Of a DNA stretch of 47,313 nt, positions 34,076-47,313 are shown one piece after another. Under the pieces are notes generated by a model. It worked only from the letters and a program-made list of their open reading frames with translations. It was not told the DNA's origin and did no database searches. The position numbers and the translations under genes are program-made. The DNA comes from Spirogloea muscicola (Eukaryota). Position 1 is the first letter of the stretch; every line of letters starts with the position of its first letter. Location of the stretch: positions 505,193 through 552,505 of the forward strand of contig WELB01000015.1 of assembly GCA_009602725.1 (NCBI GenBank), in the 5' to 3' direction.

Positions 34076-35082
34076 CAGGTACAAGCCTTCCAATCCGAAC
34101 GTTTTTATTCTGGCCTTCAGCAGTTGTTTGAGGATAATATGCCGTTTCCCGCTCTGAACACTCATAGAGCAAGAAGTAGCTGCTTGCTAAGCAGATCGTG
34201 GGACCGCTTCCAAGGGCGCGGGAATTGATGATACTTACAAGCATGTCATAGGTGATATGGTTATGCTAGTGCAAACTGCAACACCATGAAGTCCAACCCA
34301 GGCAATCATATAACGAATGTAATGACAACAATGGCAGTGGCACTAAGGTCCTTCTAAACGTCTAATAAGGTCTAATATTTGGCTGCCATAGCTTTGCTAG
34401 ACTCCATGACGATAGTGTCATAACTCATGAATTTCATTGTGTTGTGATTACTACTTTACTTCTGGGTACACCATTCTTGGCTTCTGCCAAGTTGCTGAGG
34501 CATGCTTTTTTACTTGCTGTCTTCACCAAATGAGTAGTGGAGTCTGTCATTAAGTGCAGGACTTAAATCCATCTTCATGTCAAAAGTATATAGTTCTGGA
34601 TTCCTTCTGACGCTATGCATAGAGTTTGTAATGTTTGCTCATAAGAATATCATCATAGTGACGAGCAATATCTCCTGGACTGTCTAAAGAGGTACAGCTA
34701 TTATCAAAACGAGGATCTCCTCCGGGTTTGTTCACGTTGGCGTGTGCATGTTGGCCTTGAAGTATTTGCAGACTATCTGGTCAGATATCAAAAGGAGGTG
34801 GATAGACTGAGAAACATCACGTGTTCATCTGTGTCACTCAGAGGACGTCGCACTTGTACTATTCAGCCAGTTATCTCTGTCCAAGAATGTCTGCAATGAG
34901 TCAGTCTGAAAGCTGAGCACAATTCTACTGTGTTCAGCGTGATCAACAGTACTTGTATTCTTTCTGGCTGAGAGGCCCAGAAGAAGCTGGCTTCATGTGA
35001 ACAACCGCCACTCAGAAGCTCCTCGGACAGGCACAACTTCCAGCATCGAGGGCGTCCTAGTCCTTGGCACTGTGGGTGCCCT

Positions 35083-38000
35083 TCAGTGCAAAGAAAGCCT
35101 TGCCATCGTAAGAGCTAGTACATGCACGCCATTGGTCATGTCCACCTTGCTTGCTGACTCATCCGGTCTGTGGCTGTAGCCTGCAGCAAAGACAATAGCA
35201 TTTTATCATGATTCTTAGGTATCAACCTTCGATACTGCAGACTTGGATGAGGACACATCTGATGCATACGAGCAGACATACCATCTGAAGCACATATGCA
35301 ATTGCAATTGCAGTCAACAAGCAGGTACTGTACCAAATACGTGGAGGACAACCTACCCTTATAACAAGGTATGAAGATCATGGCCATTGGTGCAATCCTG
35401 TGAGGGCCAGCAATGAGGTATCAAGAACAGTCACTACCATTGGACCAAAAGTACCACCTGCTCACAAGGAACTGTTGACCTTCTGAAACAATCAGTGCGA
35501 AGAAGCCATTCACCAATCCGAAACGAGCATACACTGTGACTTCTTACCGCGCCATGAAAGCGGAGTCATGGTAAGCCCTGCTGACCATCAGCTTGTAATC
35601 CAGCTGGACCTCGTCAGCAGATGATACTGCTGCTTTGATGACAAGGGCATCACTGATAGCAGGGGGGTCCTGATTGAGCGTAGTGAAATTGACCAACTCG
35701 ACCCCTCTATGGGCTGCAATACTTTGCGCAGAAGATCTCACTTTCTCTACTACAGTGTCACGCCTATCTCCATCAATGTCACGGATATCTGCAGCAATGA
35801 GCAGAGAAAAGAAATTTCTCATCTATTCCCGCCAAGGACAAAATCTACTTGCTTAAGGTGGTCCCTTATATACTGACAGCATCATGTGTTTGACTGTCCT
35901 TTGAGCTGCCAGGAATCCCCAATGAAATGTGTGTAGCGTAAGACTAAATAGGTGTCCTTGAAAGCATTCTGACCAGGGGCTGATAACCAATACTCACCAA
36001 TCTCAAGGTGCACATCTCTGGCAATACTATTGATGGCTCCTGGCTCATAATGCATGACACCTGGTGATGGCATTGTCACCCTTGGCCTTAGCATCACATG
36101 AGAAAATAAAGTTTGAGCTCACCAGGTTGGATTACTGCATGTCCCACCCGACCTTTCGAGTAAAGATATCCTAACTACCATCCATATTGTAAATCAAACT
36201 AACGGTGCAAGATGCTCACTGATACAAGATACACAAAGAGAGTACAAATGGCTGCGAGAGCTCACCAACAGTGCCAACTGTGTCATTTGCTCCGGTGGAA
36301 AGTACGTGTGTCTCTACTGCTAGCGCCAGCTCAGCTCCAGCAAGACCCGCATCATGTCTACGACATTGCCAACACGGGCACAGGGTTTTGTCTACATAAG
36401 ACATTCATCACCCAAAATCGCCACCTGCAATCTGCTCATCTCAAGGATACACAATGTTCGACACATCCAACTGTCAAATCATCTAGTGATAGAATAATGT
36501 GTACAAGCATTATGCAGGAGCCCCCCTGTGTGCTGACCTATGAGGCATTAGAGCTCCTCCTGCATGACCTCCTGGTCCTCTAAAGTCAACAACCAGACTA
36601 GCTGGAGCTGCTATAGCAGTCACAATGCCAATTGAGATACCTGTCCATACAGATTGCAAGACCTTGCCTTCTCAGCAATCTATCAATATAGTGACTTTTG
36701 CACTTATTACCTAAGATCTAAGAAGGTCAACCCTCAAGTTGTTACCAGGGTTCCAGAGCAAGTAGAGGAGTAAATCGAGGGGAAGTACATGGACACAGCA
36801 GCTGCATGCCTTCTCAGCTGCATCTCACATGAATATACAACAACTATAGCCTGTCCGTAATACATCCAGTGAAGGACGTCACTGACTCCAATACCCACCT
36901 TCTGCTTCCAGGAATGGCCCTTGCTCGATGTGGAGCTCAACGAAGGCATGGTAAGCTCCCTTTGCAATCACAGCACTCTTCAGACCTTGAAGGGGGCTGG
37001 CATATCCAGCTTCAGTTGCAGCATCCGCAAATGATACTCCATTGCTGTCTACTGCACCTTTCAGAATGTCTGAGAAGCCAACTTGGCCAGCCATGACACG
37101 GCTGCCACAGCAGATGTGGAAGAAAGTGTCAATCAATCTGCTCCTTCTGATTTAAAAGTTGGCTGCGGCTAATCTGTGGTACTCTGTTTGCACTACAAGT
37201 AGAAGTAGACTGGAGCAGCTGCTTGCTGGGCTTGCCAGTCTCTACTTATGGAGTTAGGTGGACAATCTAGCTGCTCTGTTGAAACAGCGGTGGCCAGGTT
37301 GAGAGGGCCTAAGAACCTGCCAAGGCACCCCAGACCAAATCTGGTTGGTTCCTCAGACGTGAACATAATGACCTCCAGTGACCTCTTTGGCTGAAAACCA
37401 GACCTGAGCAGGTCGAACAGGCGTGACTGCATTCACTGCGGTGACCTTGAACAGCACAAGCGTATCCAAGGATGGTAACAAGATGCAACAGTACTCTCAA
37501 GCAGTGTCAATGTTGTGTGATCTACAGCTTGATTGCAGTATCGTGCAATTCATAAAACACAGATTAGTGGGCCCATTAGCACCTCAGAGAAACACGAAGC
37601 AGCAACACCAGACAACCCTGGACATAGCACCAGCAGCAAGCATCAAGTACCTGCGCAATGCTCTGAACGCCTCAATTGGTCCCAGAACACCCAATACCCC
37701 ATCATATTTGCCAGCATGCGGGATAGCATCTATGTGTGAGCCAGTGCTGATAGCAGGTGCTGTCTTATCAGCCCCTTCCCTGCACTAGCAGAGTGCCATA
37801 TGAAGGGCTCAGTGTGAAGCAAATCAAAGCAAGAACTCCCACCCCCAATAACAAAGAACCACTGCATGTTGACACATCAGCAAAGGTTATCAGAGATGCA
37901 AACTAGCAGGTACACAGACTGCATCAAAGTGATGCTGGAACAACATACACAAGTAAGTAAGGACATGGACGGGCTTGCTGAGGAGCTTCTGAATAGGCGA

Positions 38001-38956
38001 GCAACTTGAAGCTGAACGGAAAGCAATGTGCTCACCAGCGCCCAAAGATGTTCCCTACAGCATCCTCCCGCACTTTGAGGCCAGCATCCTCCATCAGTGA
38101 CTTGATGTACCTGCGATAGGACACAGGAGGGCTTCGTATAATTGGAGCCATCCACCAATCAAGCGCACCCGCAGAAGTAGAGGCAGCGTAGTGACCAGGT
38201 GTGCAGATTGCACACTGCGTCGTTCACAGTCACCTGCGAGCAACGACGTCCTCCTTGGAATATACTTGGCGAGTGACCGATGGAGCTGCATGCTCTGAAA
38301 ACAGGCTCAGCTCGTCAATCTGCAGATGCCACGACGGCAGGCACGGCCTGCCTCAGCGGCACTACACGTGGCTTTGCAGCTGGCTTGCTCCTCACGGACG
38401 TCTTAAATACTCGTCCTGCTGGACCTGAACACCTACACCAGCAGTATCCAGCTCTGACTGCACGTGACATCCCAAGTACCGCTCCCGCATAACTCAGCTC
38501 GCTTGCAAGGTGTGAGGTCGGCGCTCCTCCACACCAAGATTGGAGCTAGTGCAGCTCACTGTGGCGTGGAGCATGGCTCAGGAGGCGCACCCACTGCTGC
38601 AGGCCGTCGACGTCGATGTGCAGAGGAAGGCTGAGGTTCGCGGGGAAGGGCGAGGGGCCGTCCGCCGTGGCCAAGTGCGAGACCGGCGGCTTGTCGGCGG
38701 CCTTGAAGGCCCAGGAGGCGTGGCTGTGGTACACCGAGAGGACGACGGAGAGGGCGCCGATGGCGAGCGTGAAGAGCATGAGCACGACGGGGCCGGACGC
38801 CTGCGCCGGCGCGGACGTGGCCTCCACGACGTCCACGGGGCGCAGGACGTCGCCCGTGGCGGCGTCCACCTCGGCGTCGCCGGCGGGCCGCAGCGCCACG
38901 CCGCCGCCGGCGCCGAGCAGCGCGGCCTCCTCGGCCGCCGCGGGCGCGGCCGCCAT
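35083..38956 (-). CDS. UAH: Ureidoglycolate amidohydrolase (peptidase M20 family)
   Basis: About 13 exons: IDELSLFSE..SVTR, VREDAVGNIFGRW, TGSHIDAIPHAGKYDGVLGVLG, IMFTSEEPTRFG, FVELHIEQGP, IAAPAS..GGHAG, DTVGTV, PGAINSI, NQDPPA, MVSRAYHDSAFMARIAPMAMIFIPCYKGYSHRPDE..NGVHVLALTMARLSLH*. Matches plant UAH from recall. Confidence 0.92.
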
Positions 38957-39241
38957 GGCGGCGGAGGCGGCGGNCGCCGGCGTCCAGCCGCGTGACCACC
39001 CACCACCTGGAGCGCCTCAGCGGTGAGCTCGACGGCCTGGCCACGGCAGCTGGCATGGCGGTCCCACTGCGAGCGGTCCATGGAGACGTCGGGGTGCTGA
39101 ACCCATAAGCTCTGGCTTGGCGCTGCAGGGCGGAGTGGCGATGGCAAAGGCAGGCCGAAGGCCGTGGTCGTGGCGCTGTGCTCGCCGCCGCCGCCGCCGC
39201 CGCCGCCGCTGACGGCACCGCGCGCGGCCGCGCCGCTGCAG

Positions 39242-40508
39242 AGGGCGTGCTGTTCGCCAAGAAGGACTTTGACGCGCCCAAGCACCCCGAGATCGACGTC
39301 CCCAACCTCCAGGTGACTCCGCCGCCGCCTCTGCGGCGCTGCTTGGCTGTGCCTCTGGCCGCGTCGGCGCCGCTGGCCTGCAGCCGGCAGCTGCTGTGGC
39401 GCCCTCGCGACGGCCGGCGCAGCGGCTCTCGGCAGGGGGGCCTTCCGTCTGACGCGGCCCCTGCTGTCCCGGCTCCCATGCCGGGCGGCGGCTCGTGGCG
39501 CAGGTCATTAAGCTGATGCAGAGCTTCAAGAGCAAGGAGTACGTCAAGGAGACGTTCGCGTGGCGGCACTACTACTGGTACCTCACCAACGAGGGCATCG
39601 AGTTCCTGCGCACCTACCTCAACCTCCCGTCCGAGATCGTGCCCGCCACGCTCAAGAAGTCGGCGCGGCCCGCTGGCCGGCCCATGGGCGACGACCGGGC
39701 CCCCAGGTGCGCCGCCGAGCAGCTTCAGCAGAGCCCTTACTGATGCCACCTGATGTGGCTGCCGGCGAGCTGAGGCAGGCACAAGTGCGGGGATGTCCTC
39801 ACTACTTGCGGTGATTGGGGCACTTGGGACCCTGGCCTGTCGTTGGGGGACCTGGAGACGTTGGCGGGCCTGCTCGTCAAAGGCCACGTTTGTGTCTGGG
39901 CATCCGAAGCAGCTCTCTGGCTTACACTCTGGGCTGCCCCTGTGCTTTATAATGCAGGAGATTTGATGGTGGAGGCGACCGGCCCCGCTTTGGTGGCGAC
40001 CGCGAGGGCTACAGGGGAGCCCCTGGTGGTTACGGTGACAAGGGAGGCGCGCCTGGCGAGTTCCGCCCCGAGTTCCGAGAGGTATGCTGCGTCATGGTGG
40101 CCACCGCATGCCCCCTCGCCTAGTTACTTGCCAACCAGCCCGCCCCCAGTGTGTGCATTCGTCTGGCCTTCGATTGGCGCTTAATGTCCTCTTCTTGCGG
40201 CTGTCTCTCGAGATTGCTCATTGTACTTCTGCCAGTGTTGCCAAATTTGGATGAGCCATGGGCATTGAAGCAGCACTCTGTCATGACAGTCCATCTGCAA
40301 TGGGCAGGGCATTGACAGCATGCGCCTGAAGTGGTCTGCAGACTAGCATGATGTGCAGCTTGCACGGTCAGTCGCTCCTCACGTCACCGTAGTTCAGCTG
40401 TCTAATAATGCCTTTCTTGTCTTTGGTATGCAGGGAGGTGGCCGGGGTGGATTTGGTCGCGGAGGCGGCTTCGGGGGTGGAGGTGGTGCCATTGGTGCAC
40501 CACAGTGA
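39242..40508 (+). CDS. RPS10: 40S ribosomal protein S10 (eS10), first coding exon not found
   Basis: Exons 39242-39312, 39504-39706, 39958-40081, 40434-40508. [98 protein letters not shown]. Confidence 0.93.
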
Positions 40509-41615
40509 TATCGCAAGCTTGCTTGTGTTTAGCCACTTCAGACCTTGCAAGGACCAGGGGCAGCATTCTGTCGATGAAGTGGAACGTGGGAGCTTGTCCT
40601 TTGGCTTGGCATGCAATCAAGCATACGGAGCAGTGGCAAGCTGTACCCTTACTCGTGTCATAGTACATCACAGCACTTGCAGGACTTGCAGGTTCCTCTG
40701 GTGAAATCTTTCCTCGTCTTCTAGGGCCGTCTCTTTGGGCCCTGGTCTTCAAGAGCTTTTGCACGCCAAACATTGTGCTATCGCTTGGAGGCATTTATGC
40801 GCCAAGTGATTGTCAGCTGTCTGTTTACTTTGGGAGTCGTGGACAATGCAAGACATGTACTCCAGTTGTGTGCTGCACGTGTGTCACTGCAAGTCTAGGA
40901 CATGTGGACATGTATGTGTACGTGCTACCTTAAGAGCTCGTGTTTGTCAATCTGGAGCACCAAAAGAGCTGTGCACAGGTTAAATGCTGGCAACTCCGAA
41001 TGAGTTGCACACTTGTTGGAAAATGGTTGTGGTTACCAATACAATATGAGACTCAACGGGCTCGCAGGAATACAATTTCCACACGGAAATGCAGTTTGAC
41101 ATATCAAAAGGTGTCAAGACAGAGGCAACTGCTACACATAGAGGCCACAAATATCTTCACTTGCAGTGGTACCTCCATGTCTCTAAGTGGCACTCTCAAG
41201 CAATCTGCTGACACACTCTGGACACATGCTCACTTTAGCAAGCATGTGATCATTGCCCAATTTTGCTTAGGCGGAAACTGTGGACTCCCACAACGGTTTG
41301 AGATTTACGGGTATTGACAATGTTTGCAGCTATATTGCAAGCTTGGTCATAGGATACCCTTAGGATGTTAAAGGCTGTAGTATCCTCATGAATGACTAGA
41401 ATTTGCTAGATGATTGCATTGAGCACCTTCTATTAATGTCTTGAGGAAAGAATCGGTTGGAATGCTTATCACTGTGATGAATAAATAAGTGACTTCAAGA
41501 GGCATCAGAATCGCATTCTTCACAAATGAGCGACGGAAGTATGTCTAAGATTCCTGAGTTGACCACCAACGCTCCAAGGAAGCAACGGCCAAAGCTGGAT
41601 GATGCTAATTAAGTC

Positions 41616-44600
41616 TCAACAGCGAGGCGCATTACGGAAATCTATGGAGGCATAAGAGACCTCTTTAGGTAGGGCTTCATATCGGTCTCCTCCCATCCTC
41701 ATTACTTGCCTCAGAGGCTTGAAGCAAGAGAGAACATTCTCAGACTCGTTCGATGCAGCCCTCACAGCAGCCTTAAGGGCTTCCTCAGCGGGCGTCAGCC
41801 GCCTGTACCCCCTGGGGTAGGGCCGACTTTCCCGCCCACACACCTGCAGGCCATAGTACCTCATGCAGTGGCCCGTATATAGGAGCGAGCACCTGTGTGT
41901 CTGGATGGCTTGGGCAAGCTGCCAACTGGAGCTGTCAAACGCGGTTGAGTAGGGCAGAAGCTGGGGGGCTGCCTCGTAGTGATATGCATTCAGCAATCCC
42001 TGAAGATGGTAAGCCTGTTGAAACATGGCGATGTCAAGTCATGAATTAGAAGCCCAGTACAGTGGACTGCAACCTTCTGACACTCCACAGAAACCTCGCA
42101 TGCAATTTAGCTTGGCAGAAGTGCAACATAAAATCTTGAATATGACCAATTGCTGCATGTCAATGTTGTGAAAGACAGGGTGCTGTACCAAGAAATCCAA
42201 ATGCAGATGCATAGGTTTGCCACTTAGCAATTGCTTGCTCAGATAATGAGCAACTTGAGGGGGAAATGAGATACTCACAGCCGCAAATGTGTCCTTCACT
42301 CTAGCAAGCTTGCGACATGCGGACGCTGTCGCAGCTTCTGCAAGAGCTGGCTGCTGTCTGACCAAGAACTCTTCAAAACTTCTCCAAGATCCAGTGCCTG
42401 TAAGATCATCGTCCACGAAGATGTAATACGTGTATCTCCATCCTCGAAGCTGTTCCAACTGAAGAGCAGCAGAGAACAGAATGTTTCTCCCTTCTGCCCA
42501 CGTTGTGCCTAGACACACAAACGTGACAGAAAATCACGGCACCTTGTCAGAGGAGAATCCTAGAATGAGCATCAAGTCGAGTTGCTCATGTAATGGTGTA
42601 CTACGACAATCTATAAGGACGGCATTCCAACAACTTATAGTGGCCATGACAGTATCAGCTCAATCGGCTACAGTCTCAATCAGGAGTAGATGAGTAGGGC
42701 AGTCTTCCACCAGGGCTGCAGGGCTATGGTACAGCAGTATAACATTTTGTGCCTAGAAGCACATGGCAGAACGTAGCAGAGCTGGCACTCGCTGAATAAT
42801 GGCCTTGACAGTGTGGCAGTGTCTAGAAGCAACTGCCACCAGCTCAAGCGAGCAGGTAAGCCTTACCAGGTGCCCAGATGGCATCATACACCTCCTCCTT
42901 GTAGGTCAGCAGCAGGGCCTCCGACTCTCCATGACACACGACATCCTTCAGCAGCTTGGGAAGTGCCCCAGGAGCTTGCACGAGGTAGATAAATCTTGCT
43001 GGCAATTCTGCTTGCAAGACTCGTGCACGTGGACGCTGTGGTTCACTGAGTAGACCCAAAGCGGTGCTATTAAGAGTGACCACCCAAGGGGGGGCTTCAT
43101 TGCCGGGGTAGCATAGCTTATCTGGCCTGACATTGACAAAATGTTCCTTGACAATGGTCCAGTGCTGAGAATTGACACCACAGGCCAGTGGGGTAGATTT
43201 GATCTGGTATGGGAAGCTGATCTCCTCCGGCAAAGTTATCCGATGCTCTTTGGCAGCATCCTGATGTACCATGGGAGGTACATGGCCAAGAGAAGCAATG
43301 TCCTCGAGCCAGTCACGCAGGAGGAGAGCGTCTTCGAAACCCCAGAAGCCCTTCAGGGCCATCTGTGTCCCTAGCTCCAAAGCACAGTCATACAGGTGGT
43401 CAAGCTTGCAATCCCAAGCCTGGAGGTAATCAACAAGCTCTTGCGCCTGAGCCTGTAGCTGCTGGGCCTGCAGAGAAACGTGACCATCCTCAAAGTGTAC
43501 TCAGTAAGGTGCCATCCATCCTGATGAGCAAAGCACTCACAGAGATACGCTGATCCCACTACACTTTGACACTGCAGCACCTATGAAGCTAGGATCAAGC
43601 AAAGCACAATCAGCCTTTCACAAACACAGCGCAGGGAAAGAGGAAGGTGAGGTGCTAACATCAACAGAGTCATGTGTCATCGGATGCGCAGTCTTATGAT
43701 ACTCTCCAGTGTGGACGAAGGTGAGCTGACCACCCATCTCCCAAAGTAATCGTTGGCCCCAGTACCCAGCCCAGATGTCAGCCACACCTGTACCGACCGT
43801 GGCTGCACTCAAACAGAAAGCCAGCAATGAGAGGGGCTCAGATGACACATTTTGTGCTTGAGCCCAACAACTTTGTACTTCTTTGAAGTTTACTTCTTTG
43901 ACGTTGATTACGAGGGTGTAGAAGCATGTGCTGCCAAAAGTAAGCAATGAACTGACAAGCATATTCTATGATCCCGTACTTGCTCCTTGCTTTCCAAGAA
44001 AGTGCATGACTCAAGTTGAAAATACATCGGAAGTGTACACTGATATACACATGCAAACCGAATCGATTAATTTGTGGGAGGGTTTGTAAAAACCAAAGAC
44101 CATACTTGGCACAAAGAGAAGGAAGAATGCTGGCTGATAATAAATGGTGTGGCGTGTATTGAATGGAGCCAGGCCTCCCTCTGGAATGACCAATGGCAGC
44201 TGGCATTTCCGAAACAACACTCCTCCTGCCTCTGCCCCCTTCACTTGCTCCTTCCTACAGAAGGGGTCCAAGTCTGCCAAATACAAGCAATCATCGAGCT
44301 CCAATAAGACAATGCTGACCCAGTAGTACATTCCTGCTATGACAATATGACGTGCAAACTGGCACGGTAGAGTAAAGGGAACAAAAGTCAGCAGGATTCA
44401 GCAACAAGGCTTGGAAGAAGTCTGGCCAAATGCCCCAAGCAGTCACACTGTTTGAGAACGTGTGGTGCACTTTAGCATGTCAGTACTGCAGGAAAGAGGG
44501 CATACCCGGTTCACCATCCGTCACTCCTTGCTGTATAGGCGAAAATGTGGAGAATTTTACGTTTGTCATGTACTCTGGTTCTTCAAAGTCTCCCGCCATC

Positions 44601-47001
44601 ACTTTCTTGCCTACTTCAATAGGGAATCCCCTTGGAAAGAGCCGATCCTAAGAGAATCCGAATGAATACACAGTTCTCAACAGTGGTTATAAATGACACC
44701 GACCACTGACTTGAACTAAGCCATCATGAGTACAAATCTCACGGGGCAACTATAATATCTGGGCATATTTAACTGGTAGCTCTAACAGCCATTGGTATCG
44801 AGTGCTCAGCAAGAGACTGACGAACACATAATACAAAGGCATGATGTGGATGCTGGATATGCAAGCACAACAGTCTGTTCTTTCTATAACTTCCTCTCAT
44901 GAAAGTCCTGAAGTCAAAGTTAAGGGCAATACATGTCTATATAGACTCACCTGACCAAAGTATGCAAAGGGATTGACCAGGCCTTCTATTTCGTCATGTA
45001 CAGCAAATGCACCATGTATGTGCATTGGCTTGATCCAGTTAAGGTGAGGGTTATGTACAGAGTGCCCCTCATCTTCTGTCTGATAGATGGCTTTTGCTCC
45101 CTCCCTGATTGCAACCAGGGTTCCAATCATCTTTCTTGCTGTCTTGCTCCATACCTTGCTTGCTATCTGAAATCATGTACATGGTGATTATTCTTGCCTT
45201 CTTAGAAAGATGTCGTCAAAGACAAGCATTTCAGCAGATATATCAGAGATTGCACCTTAAGGGTGACTTTGGAGTTCAGCAAGGGACTGGAAGATGACAA
45301 GCACAACTAAGGAAAAGCAAATTTGATATATGTATGTAGAATCAACAAACCAGCTGAAGCAGTATTTGACATACGTACGTAGAATCAACAAACAAGCTGA
45401 AGCACTGTGCACACACAGCATGCAAATGCTTATTCCTGCTTCTCCTAAGGAAAAGGCCACCATGTGCGTTGTGAAAGCATGACGTGGCCACCTCACCTTG
45501 AAGCCGAATTCCAAGGAGCTGACGCGATCTACAACACGACAACGCTTGCGGCAGCGACGAAATCTTCTGAGGTCTTCTTTGCGATCTACAACAATGACCA
45601 GGCTCCATCCAGCGCTGATCCATGACGTAAGATTGGCTCCAGTGATTGCCTTTGGATCCTTGTTATAGGTCAGGACCACCCACTTTTCTGCAAGCGTGCA
45701 CAAAACTTAAAGCATTGATTTCCAATCAAGCAAAGGTAAAGAGCTGATCACAAGTACAAAGAGCTTGAGGTCAAGGAGGTGCGGCCCCTACTTTTGGCCA
45801 GTGTGGTAAAGGGTTGTAAGTCGTACCGGAAGGAAGCATCTGCTGGGTCTGTGCGTTGACCTTGATGGGCTTCTGGCCACCAGCCTTCCAGCCGGCCACT
45901 CCTTGAGGACCTTTGCTCCATGGCTGCCCGCAACCCTCCGACGAGCATTCCAATGAATCTATGAGGGTATCATCTCTGTCCCAGTCTGCAGCCCAAGCAT
46001 GCACCGCACTGCCTGCAAGAGTAATACATGAATGTCTCAGACGGTTTGCAAAGGGTACTACATCGGACTTGCAGTACAGGTCTTGGATAACGACAAAAAA
46101 ACGACTCTGTTACATTACAAAAGTGTTGGAATTTAGCGCAGCCAACTATCAGCTCATGCAGCGAAGTAAATCACAAGGGGGCTTCAAGCAAGAAACATTC
46201 TGATAGATGACAGCGACTCTTATCGGCCTTCTCTGGCCTTGCCTCGTCTTGACTTGCCTGCAATATGGCCTGCCTGATCTTCCACAGCACTATCTGCACT
46301 CAGTCCTAACCCATACTTCTGGCGCATGCTAAGGCCAACACCAGCAGCTTTGGCATCTTCCCTCACGTCCTGCTGGCTTCGTGGCACTTCATCTTGCCTC
46401 TCTGCAACAACCAACTCTGCAGCTTCTTCCTCTTCGCTGACTTCCTTCTCTGCTAAGCTCTTGGTCTTGCCAATAGCCTGGATATGGTGGTGCAGCCCAT
46501 GCTCAAGTTACTTGGCAGATCAGAGAAGCATAGGACCCAGAGGCTGCTCAGCAGGCCTTCAACAACAGTATGTCAAATCAGGTTCTTCTGAAGTGATTCT
46601 TCGAACAATAATGGTACTCGAAAAATGCCATGTACTGCCGCAGCTGGTCTGGCCTACCTCTTTGGTGGTAAGAGAGCTTGATGGAATGCCTGTGGAGCCC
46701 TTGTCAAGGACATCCTGCACGTGAAATGGAAGACCTCAACACTGAGCCCAAGCAAAGTCAGATGTCAACGAGTGCTTGTCCTCAGCTGGAGTGCTGCGAC
46801 ATACTCTAGCTGACAGAAGCAGCTGTGGCCATAGTAGGCTGCCAAGGGTTGAGGATTCACCTGGGGCGCGACATTGTCTTTCGGCTGCGAGCTGTTGAAG
46901 AAGAAGAAGAAGCCAATGGTCAAGAGAGTGGCTACGATGGCCACTGTGGCCCGCGGCCCGCCGCGGGGTTTGGCTGCATGGCCCTTGAGGCCCGCCGCCA
47001 T
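41616..47001 (-). CDS. STELLO/DUF288-like type II membrane glycosyltransferase with an additional C-terminal GT-A-like domain
   Basis: N-terminal TM (VAIVATLLTIGFFFFF), stem, EKWVVLT..GWSLVIVVDRK, ARKMIGTLVAIREGAKAIYQTED, VNPFAYFGQDRLFPRGFP, IQQGVTDGEP, PFNTRHTIYYQPAFFLL, DIWAGYWGQRLLWEMGG, KGFWGFED..DWLEDIASLG. Then TTWAEGRN..YTYYIFVDDD..NAYHYEA..LLPY..FDSSSW..RPYPRG. Several internal exon borders are approximate. Confidence 0.8.
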
Positions 47002-47313
47002 CCGCGCGGATCCCTCAAAAGCCTAGGACTCACAATACGAAGGTCCTGAAGGCGTCAGCTCTCACGCCGGTCGCAGAGGCTGCTGCGCAGCTTAGCGCTT
47101 GCGCAGCCGCCGGCAGCCGCCGTCGGCCATGGGCACCGCAGGCCCTCCGGGAGAGGCCTGCCGCCGGTCAACGCAGCCGGCAGTGCTTTCGCAAGGGGCG
47201 CAGGCGCCAAACCACCGCCTTGTGCCGTGACGGGAGCTCCGCTTGGGGCAAAGGCCGCGCGGCGCCGCGCCGCGCTAGAGGCGGCGGCGCGCGGCGGCGG
47301 CAACGGCGGCGGC

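Noticed and set aside
38556..39887. 443-aa minus-strand ORF
   Set aside because: GC-rich shadow frame overlapping RPS10 antisense and UAH out of frame; no recognisable domain.

Overview
GC-rich, intron-dense eukaryotic nuclear DNA. The gene set (EXORDIUM/Phi-1, STELLO, UAH, class I RNase T2, UDP-GalT/GONST5) points to a streptophyte green alga or early-diverging plant lineage (inference). Nine spliced protein-coding genes were reconstructed by hand: RBM34/NOP12-like RRM protein (5'-partial), nucleotide-sugar transporter, an uncharacterised organelle-targeted protein, RNase T2, two divergently oriented EXORDIUM-like genes with Pro-rich tails, ureidoglycolate amidohydrolase, RPS10 (first coding exon missing) and a STELLO/DUF288 protein fused to a second GT-like domain. 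Three intergenic blocks (~2.4-4.5, 9.7-16.1 and 23.4-29.5 kb) are patchworks of 5'-truncated fragments from at least six families of CRE-like, restriction-like-endonuclease (RLE) non-LTR retrotransposons. These families share a C-terminal peptide (..RAGRAL..SDLxxLTRGY*), a 3' UTR hairpin and a pyrimidine (CTT-like) tail, and they insert into one another. Also present are a TA-flanked MITE, a degenerate tRNA, microsatellites and two assembly gaps. Family assignments are from motif recall, not database searches.
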